Shown piece after piece: positions 25,366 to 37,339 of a DNA stretch of 64,000 nucleotides. The notes under the pieces are model-generated. The model had not been told where the DNA came from and did not search any database. It worked only from the letters and a program-made list of their open reading frames with translations. The stretch spans positions 142,228,001-142,292,000 of the forward strand of contig OZ038378.1 in NCBI GenBank assembly GCA_964036045.1. The letters run 5' to 3'. This DNA is from Eutreptiella sp. 'Long Island Sound 2002'. Taxonomy: Eukaryota; Protista; Euglenida. How positions within the stretch are numbered: position 1 is the first letter of the stretch; the number at the start of each line of letters is the position of its first letter. Position numbers and translations under genes: made by a program.

Positions 25366-28300
25366 CTGCATGTGTGCGTGTGGCTGTGCACACGCAGGTC
25401 CCCACAAACGCGCCCCGCTGCACTCCACCAACACACGACCAACGGCGTCACCACCGGTCAGCCCATTCCACGCAATGCTCAGCGTTTCGCCCACTCAACA
25501 CAACACCATTCCTTATGTTGTGGGGCATGCCACAAAACAGTGTACGCCCACAACGCCCTTTACACACCCTTCACACGCCCGTTCGACAGCTCCATCCAAC
25601 AACCCAACACCGCGGCTTGTGAGGGAGCGGCCGGCATGTGCGTGGCTACGGGGAGGGGGGGGGGGGGGGGGCTGTGCAGCAGAGGGACGGTCCGTTCCAG
25701 CCCCCTCCCCAGTGCTCGACCAATGCCAGAAACAACGACCGGGCGGCAGTGCAGTCGCAGGAGGTGTTCGAGCCGCATTCTGCACCGGCACAGCACACAC
25801 GCAAACGCAATGACAGGGCAACGCCACAACACAGTGATTGGGTCACAAGTTCAGAGGGAGGGAGACTGTTGGGCAGTCAGAGGCTGCTTGCGCTAACCGT
25901 TGATGGCTGAGACACAAACAACCACCGGGCGGCAGATTCCCGTGCTTCTCAGTTTTGAGGAGGAATGTCGGACAGCAATACAAATGGAGACGGTGGAAAT
26001 GGATGTCGAGCACATCAGGAAATCGATTGCTTTATGGATGTCCCAGGCAATGGTCGTGTGGTCCTGGTGCTACTTCGCACTGTGCCGCCAGCGCAAGGGC
26101 AGAGGCTGTACTCCCCATCAGCCCACACTGCGCATGGAACCCGAGGCCACACACCGCGGCCACGGCCATGTGCCAAGGGGCCTGCCCATCCCCCATTCCC
26201 TCATCACACCCCTCCACACTCCAGTCCTCGTCCGCCGCCGCCAACGCCGCAGGGACTCCACAGCTGGTCCCAGTGCTACGCTGTGCACGTCCCACAAAAC
26301 CATGAATCGCAAAACGGGGGGATGAAGGATGAAGGGGGTCAGGCTGCAGTGCCTCACAAACAAAAGCGGACAAAAGCACATCCAGCTCAACGGTGCTATG
26401 GACGGCTCGAGAAGATGCACAACCGCAGCACAACACAAACCCACTGGTGTGTGAAATGCATATAACACGTCTTCGCTCTACACGGCGGACGCCTCAACGC
26501 TTCCTAAATCCACCGCACTCCTCTGCTGTGGCAACCGTCACCGTACACTGTGTCGCCTGCACCTGCCAGAACCACTGCACATGTGTTTGCCGATGAAATC
26601 ACTGCAAGGCCTTGTTCCGTCTGTCCACACTGACCACGGCACAGCGTACAATTCCTTTGCAGAGTAGCGAAGGCGCACGCATGTGCGCATGTCGGAAGCA
26701 CCAGGCCTTTGCTAATTCCTTGGTGAACCATCGAGGCTGCCTACCAGCCAAGTTCAGCCCTCGGAGACCACCCGCACACCAGGACATAAAATTCGATTCA
26801 CCCACTGGCCGCCATGTGGCGCATTCTCGATCGATGACCAGTTCTACCCCCCAGGCGCTCCACTACTGCTAGACCCTTCACATACCTCCGCCCCCATGCG
26901 TGTGGTGTGCGGGGGCACCACCAGTCCCCAGGCCCGCAGGAGTAAATGTTGAGTTCTTGCATTTGGCCCATGCCATTTCACAAAAGCATTGACTTGTGGT
27001 TTACAATGCGGTTTTTCGGTTTGAAAAATCGACATGCAAAAACGACATGCCCATACCCCATCAAGTGAAGCCCCATTCTGTGGCATAGGTTTTGGTGTTG
27101 TCAAAATATACACGCACAGTACCCCCACGGCCCATGCCCCAATATCCCCACACCCCCAAATCGTTCCCAATACCTAAGCAATCCCTGGCACCTCCGAGTA
27201 GCAGAAAGGGTATCTGAAGGGGGGTATCTGACGTCGTACCCATTGGTACGCTCCTGGTGTGGGTGAGGGGCTTTGCATGCTTTTTGGGCAGGCACTGCAC
27301 AGGGCGTCGGAGTGGCAGAAGCGGTGGGCGGTAGTTTGATGGTTCACGTGTTTGATGGGGTGCTGGTTGGTGTGCCTGTGGAAGTGTGCGTTGGGATGGC
27401 TGTAGAACTCTCTGTGGATGTGCCGGTTGGTGGGTCTGTTGAGGATCCGGTTGAGAGGACTTTCAGGGTATTCGTCGGGCTGGTTGTTTGGGTCGGAAAA
27501 GCAGTGTTCGTTGAAGTGGGAGTTGCACTTCGAGCCTGGGGATACCCACTGACACGCACCACAACGTACAGGTCTGCCTGCGAGTCTTGTGAGACATGGG
27601 GCGTGACCGCATGTATCGCAAGCGACTGAAAGGCTCACGCACCATCGCCCGTCACCAGCGCAGAGGAGGTGGGCCATCAGACAGATACGACTGTCGTACA
27701 CCAGAAGTAACAAACAGCACATCCCCGTCATTCTGATGGCCGACCCCGTCACACGCCATTCCCAATGCAAGGACAGCAGTACACAGCATTGCCCCACTCG
27801 CGTGTCTCATGCAACCGACATGTTGTGTGTGAGAGGCAACCCCTACACTTGGCGATTCCCAATCTCAGTCCATTATGCCACCACATCTCATGGCCTCCCC
27901 AGGGCAGTGTAACGGCATCCTCCATTAGCCCCAAAATACTATTTCCCGGGCCCCTTGGCGCGCTTAGCACGCACAACGACACACGCTGCTCGTGGCGGGG
28001 TCCCTGTATCGCGGGCGCCGAAGGCCACACCGGTCCTGTTCCTGGCACCATGTCGCCCCTCCCCCCTCTGACCTGCAGCGCACTGCAAACGCCAGCCCCT
28101 GGGGACTGCAAAGCGGTACGGCAGCCTGACTGCAGGAGAGGCTTCGGGGGGGGGGGGGGGGGGTAAGTGGGGGAGGGGGGAGGGTTGTGTGGGTTCCACT
28201 TTAAGGTTGTGATGCGCCTGTGAACAGTTGAGTGACCTGCACTGTAAGTTTAGTGGGATGCCTTGTAGTACACCTGGTGTCCATTGCAGGTGCGGGTGCA

Positions 28301-28470
28301 GGACGGGGCGCGGGGGAGGGGTCCTGGAATCAACCTTTGACGCTTTTGTTCCGGGGCTAAGCTGCTTATGTTGCCACAGGCATTGTTCTGCACCCCGTCA
28401 ACTGCACTGCGCCAACCAGAACACAGGAACGAACCCGCGCCTTGTGTCTGCGTACGAGCACATCACATAC

Positions 28471-28554
28471 CGATAAGATTGAGGGTTTGCAACGTAGAGT
28501 TCGTCTCCAGGGCCTTGCCCAGCGCAGCCCCTCCTTTATTTCCGATGCCGTTCC
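28471..28554 (-). CDS. LRR exon 4 (type 1): (R)NGIGNKGGAALGKALETNSTLQTLNLI
   Basis: 84 bp, CAG|...|GTATGT, phase 1-1, LRR consensus. Confidence 0.92.
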
Positions 28555-30765
28555 CTGCATGTGTGCGTGTGGCTGTGCACACGCAGGTCCCCACAAACGC
28601 GCCCCGCTGCACTCCACCAACACACGACCAACGGCGTCACCACCGGTCAGCCCATTCCACGCAATGCTCAGCGTTTCGCCCACTCAACACAACACCATTC
28701 CTTATGTTGTGGGGCATGCCACAAAACAGTGTACGCCCACAACGCCCTTTACACACCCTTCACACGCCCGTTCGACAGCTCCATCCAACAACCCAACACC
28801 GCGGCTTGTGAGGGAGCGGCCGGCATGTGCATGGCTACGGGGGGGCGGGGGGGCTGTGCGGCAGAGGGACGGTCCGTTCCAGCCCCCTCCCCAGTGCTCG
28901 ACCAATGCCAGAAACAACGACCGGGCGGCAGTGCAGTCGCAGGAGGTGTTCGAGCCGCATTCTGCACCAGCACAGCACACACGCAAACGCAATGACAGGG
29001 CAACGCCACAACACAGTGATTGGGTCACAAGTTCAGAGGGAGGGAGACTGTTAGGCTGTCAGAGGCTGCTTGCGCTAACCGTTGATGGCTGAGACGCAAA
29101 CAACCACCGGGCGGCAGATTCCCGTGCTTCTCAGTTTTGAGGAGGAATGTCGGACAGCAATACGAATGGAAACGGTAGAAATGGATGTCGAGCACATCAG
29201 GAAATCAATTGCTTTATGAATGTCCCAGGCAATGGCCGTGTGCTCCTGGTGCTACGCCCTCCCTCACTCCCAGCGGAGATGCCACCACGTTGCTGATTGG
29301 GCAGTATTCAGCAGAGCACAAGAAACGTTACAACGGCATCAACCAGTACTAAATCTGGCTTTCTGTATTGACCATTAATGCCCGTCTCGTTGACTTCTTC
29401 TGGCAAACTCAAGTGTAAGAGTGTTCCTGACCACAGTGCAGTGCATTCATGCCATGCGGGTGACATATATCTTCCGAAGTGTCCCATGATGCTCGGGGTC
29501 AAACACTCTGGGAACGTGGTAATGGCAGTATGGGGGTCGCCCGGCTGAACCTGTTCTGGTGATGCCGGAGCAAAGAGGGTCCCCTGAAGAGGACACTCGG
29601 GTGGGTGAAGGGTAAGGGCTTTTGCATTCCTGCGTTCCCTGTGGTGCTTTGAGGGATTTGGGGTGAAGTACCAGGAGGGCGGTTGGGGAGTCACGACCGC
29701 TATAAGGCAGTGCACACTGGCACACACCCCAGGGCCCAGGCATGCACCAGCGAGTGCTCCGGCCACTGACGAGCAACAGCCTGACCTTCCATTCGGTGGG
29801 AGGGGCAAACTCCAATGCTTGCCCACAAGCCCTAATAACGGGATACCCACTGACACGCACCACAACGTACAAGTTTGCCTGCGAGTCTTGTGAGACATGG
29901 GGCGTGACCGCATGTATCGCAAGCGACTGAAAGGCTCACGCACCATCGCCCGTCACCAGCGCAGAGAAGGTGGGCCATCAGACAGATACAACTGCCGTAC
30001 ACCAGAAGTAACAAACAGCACATCCCCGTCATTCTGATGGCCGACCCCGTCACACGCCATTCCCATTGCAAGGACAGCAGTACACAGCATTGCCCCACTC
30101 GCGTGTCTCATGCAACCGACATGTTGTGTGTGAGAGGCAACCCCTACACTTGGCGATTCCCAATCTCAGTCCATTATGCCACCACATCTCATGGCCTCCC
30201 CAGGGCAGTGTAACGGCATCCTCCATTAGCCCCAAAATACTATTTCCCGGGCCCCTTGGCGCGCTTAGCACACACAACGACACACGCTGCTCGTGGCGGG
30301 GTCCCCATATCGCGGGCGCCGAAGGCCACACCGGTCCTGTTCCTGGCACCATGTCGCCCCTCCCCCCTCTGACCTGCAGCGCACTGCAAACGCCAGCCCC
30401 TGGGGACTGCAAAGCGGTACGGCAGCCTGACTGCAGGAGAGGCTTCGGGGGGGGGGGGTAAGTGGGGGAGGGGGGAGGGTTGTGGGGGTTCCACTTTAAG
30501 GTTGTGATGCGCCTGTGAACAGTTGAGTGACCTGCACTGTAAGTTTAGTGGGATGCCTTGTAGTACACCTGGTGTCCATTGCAGGTGCGGGTGCAGGACG
30601 GGGCGCGGGGGAGGGGTCCTGGAATGAACCTTTGACGCTTTTGTTCCGGGGCTAAGCTGCTTATGTTGCCACAGGCATTGTTCTGCACCCCGTCAACTGC
30701 ACTGCGCCAACCAGAACACAGGAACGAACCCGCGCCTTGTGTCTGCGTACGAGCACATCACATAC

Positions 30766-30849
30766 TGCTAAGATTGAGGGTTTGCAACGTAGAGTTCGTC
30801 TTCAGGGCCTTGCCCAGCGCAGCCCCTCCTTTATTTCCGATGCCGTTCC
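30766..30849 (-). CDS. LRR exon 3 (type 1): (G)NGIGNKGGAALGKALKTNSTLQTLNLS
   Basis: 84 bp, CAG|...|GTATGT, phase 1-1, LRR consensus. Confidence 0.92.
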
Positions 30850-33062
30850 CTGCATGTGTGCGTGTGGCTGTGCACACGCAGGTCCCCACAAACGCGCCCC
30901 GCTGCACTCCACCAACACACGACCAACGGCGTCACCACCGGTCAGCCCATTCCACGCAATGCTCAGCGTTTCGCCCACTCAACACAACACCATTCCTTAT
31001 GTTGTGGGGCATGCCACAGAACAGTGTGCGCCCACAACGCCCTTTACACACCCTTCACACACCCGTCGGACAGCTCCATCCAACAACCCAACACCGCGGC
31101 TTGTGAGGGAGCGGCCGGCATGTGCATGGCTACGGGGGGGCGGGGGGGCTGTGCGGCAGAGGGACGGTCCGTTCCAGCCCCCTCCCCAGTGCTCGACCAA
31201 TGCCAGAAACAACGACCGGGCGGCAGTGCAGTCGCAGGAGGTGTTCGAGCCGCATTCTGCACCAGCACAGCACACACGCAAACGCAATGACAGGGCAACG
31301 CCACAACACAGTGATTGGGTCACAAGTTCAGAGGGAGGGAGACTGTTAGGCTGTCAGAGGCTGCTTGCGCTAACCGTTGATGGCTGAGACGCAAACAACC
31401 ACCGGGCGGCAGATTCCCGTGCTTCTCAGTTTTGAGGAGGAATGTCGGACAGCAATACGAATGGAGACGGTGGAAATGGATGTCGAGCACATCAGGAAAT
31501 CAATTGCTTTATGAATGTCCCAGGCAATGGCCGTGTGCTCCTGGTGCTACGCCCTCCCTCACTCCCAGCGGAGATGCCACCACGTTGCTGATTGGGCAGT
31601 ATTCAGCAGAGCACAAGAAACGTTACAACGGCATCAACCAGTACTAAATCTGGCTTTCTGTATTGACCATTAATGCCCGTCTCGTTGACTTCTTCTGGCA
31701 AACTCAAGTGTAAGAGTGTTCCTGACCACAGTGCAGTGCATTCATGCCATGCGGGTGACATATATCTTCCGAAGTGTCCCATGATACTCGGGGTCAAACA
31801 CTCTGGGAACGTGGTAATGGCAGTATGGGGGTCGCCCGGCTGAACCTGTTCTGGTGATGCCGGAGCAAAGAGGGTCCCCTGAAGAGGACACTCGGGTGGG
31901 TGAAGGGTAAGGGCTTTTGCATTCCTGCGTTCCCTGTGGTGCTTTGAGGGATTTGGGGTGAAGTACCAGGAGGGCGGTTGGGGAGTCACGACCGCTATAA
32001 GGCAGTGCACACTGGCACACATCCCAGGGCCCAGGCATGCACCAGCGAGTGCTCCGGCCACTGACGAGCAACAGCCTGACCTTCCATTCGGTGGGAGGGG
32101 CAAACTCCAATGCTTGCCCACAAGCCCTAATAACGGGATACCCACTGACACGCACCACAACGTACAAGTTTGCCTGCGAGTCTTGTGAGACATGGGGCGT
32201 GACCGCATGTGTCGCAAGCGACTGAAAGGCTCACGCACCATCGCCCGTCGCCAGCGCAGAGGAGGTGGGCCATCAGACAGATACGACTGCCGTACACCAG
32301 AAGTAACAAACAGCAAATCCCCGTCATTCTGATGGCCGACCCCGTCACACGCCATTCCCATTGCAAGGACAGCAGTACACAGCATTGCCCCACTCGCGTG
32401 TCTCATGCAACCAACATGTTGTGTGTGAGAGGCAACCCCTACACTTGGCGATTCCCAATCTCAGTCCATTATGCCACCACATCTCATGGCCTCCCCAGGG
32501 CAGTGTAACGGCATCCTCCATTAGCCCCAAAGTACTATTTCCCGGGCCCCTTGGCGCGCTTAGCACGCACAACGACACACGCTGCTCGTGGCGGGGTCCC
32601 CATATCGCGGGCGCCGAAGGCCACACCGGTCCTGTTCCTGGCACCATGTCGCCCCTCCCCCCTCTGACCTGCAGCGCACTGCAAACGCCAGCCCCTGGGG
32701 ACTGCAAAGCGGTACGGCAGCCTGACTGCAGGAGAGGCTTCGGGGGGGGGGGGGGTAAGTGGGGGAGGGGGGAGGGTTGTGGGGGTTCCACTTTAAGGTT
32801 GTGATGCGCCTGTGAACAGTTGAGTGACCTGCACTGTAAGTTTAGTGGGATGCCTTGTAGTACACCTGGTGTCCATTGCAGGTGCGGGTGCAGGACGGGG
32901 CGCAGGGGAGGGGTCCTGGAATGAACCTTTGACGCTTTTGTTCCGGGGCTAAGCTGCTTATGTTGCCACAGGCATTGTTCTGCACCCCGTCAACTGCACT
33001 GCGCCAACCAGAACACAGGAACGAACCCGCGCCTTGTGTCTGCGCACGAGCACATCACATAC

Positions 33063-33146
33063 CGATAAGATTGAGGGTTTGCAACGTAGAGTTCGTCTCC
33101 AGGGCCTTGCCCAGCGCAGCCCCTCCTTCGCTTCCGATTTCGTTGT
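33063..33146 (-). CDS. LRR exon 2 (type 1): (D)NEIGSEGGAALGKALETNSTLQTLNLI
   Basis: 84 bp, CAG|...|GTATGT, phase 1-1, LRR consensus. Confidence 0.92.
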
Positions 33147-35357
33147 CTGCATGTGTGCGTGTGGCTGTGCACACGCAGGTCCCCACAAACGCGCCCCGCT
33201 GCACTCCACCAACACACGACCAACGGCGTCACCACCGGTCAGCCCATTCCACGCAATGCTCAGCGTTTCGCCCACTCAACACAACACCATTCCTTATGTT
33301 GTGGGGCATGCCACAGAACAGTGTGCGCCCACAACGCCCTTTACACACCCTTCACACACCCGTCGGACAGCTCCATCCAACAACCCAACACCGCGGCTTG
33401 TGAGGGAGCGGCCGGCATGTGCATGGCTACGGGGGGGCGGGGGGGCTGTGCAGCAGAGGGACGGTCCGTTCCAGCCCCCTCCCCAGTGCTCGACCAATGC
33501 CAGAAACAACGACCGGGCGGCAGTGCAGTCGCAGGAGGTGTTCGAGCCGCATTCTGCACCAGCACAGCACACACGCAAACGCAATGACAGGGCAACGCCA
33601 CAACACAGTGATTGGGTCACAAGTTCAGAGGGAGGGAGACTGTTAGGCTGTCAGAGGCTGCTTGCGCTAACCGTTGATGGCTGAGACGCAAACAACCACC
33701 GGGCGGCAGATTCCCGTGCTTCTCAGTTTTGAGGAGGAATGTCGGACAGCAATACGAATGGAGACGGTGGAAATGGATGTCGAGCACATCAGGAAATCAA
33801 TTGCTTTATGAATGTCCCAGGCAATGGCCGTGTGCTCCTGGTGCTACGCCCTCCCTCACTCCCAGCGGAGATGCCACCACGTTGCTGATTGGGCAGTATT
33901 CAGCAGAGCACAAGAAACGTTACAACGGCATCAACCAGTACTAAATCTGGCTTTCTGTATTGACCATTAATGCCCGTCTCGTTGACTTCTTCTGGCAAAC
34001 TCAAGTGTAAGAGTGTTCCTGACCACAGTGCAGTGCATTCATGCCATGCGGGTGACATATATCTTCCGAAGTGTCCCATGATACTCGGGGTCAAACACTC
34101 TGGGAACGTGGTAATGGCAGTATGGGGGTCTCCCGGCTGAACCTGTTCTGGTGATGCCGGAGCAAAGAGGGTCCTCTGAAGAGGACACTCGGGTGGGTGA
34201 AGGGTAAGGGCTTTTGCATTCCTGCGTTCCCTGTGGTGCTTTGAGGGATTTGGGGTGAAGTACCAGGAGGGCGGTTGGGGAGTCACGACCGCTATAAGGC
34301 AGTGCACACTGGCACACATCCCAGGGCCCAGGCATGCACCAGCGAGTGCTCCGGCCACTGACGAGCAACAGCCTGACCTTCCATTCGGTGGGAGGGGCAA
34401 ACTCCAATGCTTGCCCACAAGCCCTAATAACGGGATACCCACTGACACGCACCACAACGTACAAGTTTGCCTGCGAGTCTTGTGAGACATGGGGCGTGAC
34501 CGCATGTGTCGCAAGCGACTGAAAGGCTCACGCACCATCGCCCGTCGCCAGCGCAGAGGAGGTGGGCCATCAGACAGATACGACTGCCGTACACCAGAAG
34601 TAACAAACAGCACATCCCCGTCATTCTGATGGCCGACCCCGTCACACGCCATTCCCATTGCAAGGACAGCAGTACACAGCATTGCCCCACTCGCGTGTCT
34701 CATGCAACCAACATGTTGTGTGTGAGAGGCAACCCCTACACTTGGCGATTCCCAATCTCAGTCCATTATGCCACCACATCTCATGGCCTCCCCAGGGCAG
34801 TGTAACGGCATCCTCCATTAGCCCCAAAATACTATTTCCCGGGCCCCTTGGCGCGCTTAGCACACACAACGACACACGCTGCTCGTGGCGGGGTCCCCAT
34901 ATCGCGGGCGCCGAAGGCCACACCGGTCCTGTTCCTGGCACCATGTCGCCCCTCCCCCCTCTGACCTGCAGCGCACTGCAAACGCCAGCCCCTGGGGACT
35001 GCAAAGCGGTACGGCAGCCTGACTGCAGGAGAGGCTTCGGGGGGGGGGGGTAAGTGGGGGAGGGGGGAGGGTTGTGGGGGTTCCACTTTAAGGTTGTGAT
35101 GCGCCTGTGAACAGTTGAGTGACCTGCACTGTAAGTTTAGTGGGATGCCTTGTAGTACACCTGGTGTCCATTGCAGGTGCGGGTGCAGGACGGGGCGCAG
35201 GGGAGGGGTCCTGGAATGAACCTTTGACGCTTTTGTTCCGGGGCTAAGCTGCTTATGTTGCCACAGGCATTGTTCTGCACCCCGTCAACTGCACTGCGCC
35301 AACCAGAACACAGGAACGAACCCGCGCCTTGTGTCTGCGCACGAGCACATCACATAC

Positions 35358-35441
35358 CGATAAGATTGAGGGTTTGCAACGTAGAGTTCGTCTCCAGGGC
35401 CTTGCCCAGCGCAGCCCCTCCTTTATTTCCGATTTCGTTGT
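35358..35441 (-). CDS. LRR exon 1 in transcript order (type 1): xNEIGNKGGAALGKALETNSTLQTLNLI
   Basis: 84 bp, CATGCAG| acceptor and |GTATGT donor, phase 1-1. Matches the RI/NLRC3-type consensus NxIGxxGxxALxxALxxNxxLxxLxL. Confidence 0.92.
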
Positions 35442-37302
35442 CTGCATGTGTGCGTGTGGCTGTGCACACGCAGGTCCCCACAAACGCGCCCCGCTGCACT
35501 CCACCAACACACGACCAACGGCGTCACCACCGGTCAGCCCATTCCACGCAATGCTCAGCGTTTCGCCCACTCAACACAACACCATTCCTTATGTTGTGGG
35601 GCATGCCACAAAACAGTGTATGCCCACAACGCCCTTTACACACCCTTCACATGCCCGTCGGACAGCTCCATCCAACAACCCAACACCGCGGCTTGTGAGG
35701 GAGCGGCCGGCATGTGCATGGCTACGGGGCGCGGGGGGGCTGTGCGGCAGAGGGACGGTCCGTTCCAGCCCCCTCCCCAGTGCTCGACCAATGCCAGAAA
35801 CAACGACCGGGCGGCAGTGCAGTCGCAGGAGGTGTTCGAGCCGCATTCTGCACCAGCACAGCACACACGCAAACGCGATGACAGGGCAACACCACAACAC
35901 AGTGATTGCGTCACAAGTTCAGAGGGAGAGGGACGGCTCAGGGTAACTGAGTCGCCATGATGATGAGCTATACTAGTGTGCAGGTAACCCACCGGACCCG
36001 GGATCCGACCTGACCTGCTACAGCGACACCAGCCCCTGTACGTACTGTTCATCCGCCCCATGCCCTGAGTCCACGCAGTACGGCAGGTTACTCAATTTTC
36101 CCGCCCTGGGGGGCCTGACACCTTGCTCTCCACGCTTACTTACCGTTCATGCCATCCTGCACAATATACATGGTAGCCTACACGGCTGCACCTCGTGGTG
36201 CCCGCAATATATCCTCCACATGAAAAAGAATATGGTTTTGGCAGCCCGTGTAGCCTTGAGCCCTTATTTGGTCATGCTCTCCGGAGGTGGTAGTGAGGCA
36301 GCCTCCGTTATAATGCCCTCTTTGTAACTCCCTTTTACAACCATGCCGTGACAGGACCCCTCAAACCAACCCAGGAACATCCCCGGTTTCGATGGAGGGG
36401 GGAGGCAGGGGGAGCTGTCCCATGGGGCAGAATTGGTGGCGGGGGGTGCAGGGGATTGGAAGGTCCGCACACAGGTCAACAAGCGCTTCACACACACACA
36501 CGTTGAGAACCGCGAGACAAGAACGAAGCAAGAAAAGCGGTTGAAAGAAAACTCCTCAGGAACAGCAGAGCTGTCCTAGACGTCTTTCGGTCTGTCGGTA
36601 GAGAATGAGCAAATGCAGTTCTGGACAGTGGACCTCACCTTCTCCCGCGTTCAGTTCTGCACCGCGCAACAGACCACAAAAACCGCCCGCGGAGGAGCTC
36701 GTGCACTACCGTTGCCATAGCCTAGATTTATCGTGTGCTGGGTGCCACCACCCCGCCACACACACACAGAAACATTCAGGACAGGGGAAAGGGCATGGGC
36801 AGGTCGGGTGCAGGGGTAGAGAGGCCAGAGGTCGCCTATAATTGTGTGCTGTTGTGTTTGCGGGTGTTGTGTCTGTTGTACCCGTCTTGCCCCGTCAAGG
36901 ACCGCAAAGGCCAGAGGGATGATCCGGGTACTTGTGGGGTGCCGTCTGTGTCCGTGTGCCTGTAATGTGTTGTGGTGGGTGCTGTGTCAGTGGTTGAGTC
37001 ACCGGGCTCGTGCCGTGATGGCGCCTGTTCGATTCCCGCTGCCTGCATGGCCCTGCTGCCGAAGAGAAGGAGAAGGCAGTGAAGGCGCCGCTGCCGCGGA
37101 CTGCGAGCCGCGCGCGCTACCGGAGCGGTCTGCCGCAGGGGGCGGTGGTGTGTTTTTTTCGGGGTCACGGGGCCGGGGTTGTTTTCAAAAAGGCGGCGAG
37201 GCGCACCTTCCGCGGGCCGGCAGTGCCGGTAGCGTAGCGAGCTGCTGTAGGGGGCGGTGGTGTGTTTTGACGATAGCAGGGTTCGAACCTCCGCTACCTC
37301 CG

Positions 37303-37333
<31 letters not shown>

Positions 37334-37339
37334 ACACAC
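37303..37339. repeat. (CA)n microsatellite
   Basis: Seen directly. Confidence 0.97.

Larger units (their letters stand above)
1530..35925. repeat. Modular tandem array carrying the LRR exons, interrupted by unique sequence at ~2870-8170
   Basis: The same blocks recur 11 times (e.g. GTCCATTGCAGGTGCGGGTGCAGGACGGGG ... GAGCACATCACATAC [exon] CTGCATGTGTGCGTGTGGCTG). Spacings between type-1 exons are 8321, 4766, 2294, 4073, 1620, 2149, 3189, 2295, 2297 and 2295 bp. Confidence 0.97.

Noticed and set aside
1956-35960. Dozens of recurring ORFs in the track (MLPQALFCTP..., MCLRTSTSHT..., MCVWLCTRR..., MVREPFSRL...)
   Set aside because: They are translations of the repeated intron. Indels in poly-G/C runs shift their frames between copies, and the real coding signal is the 84-bp minus-strand exon they overlap.
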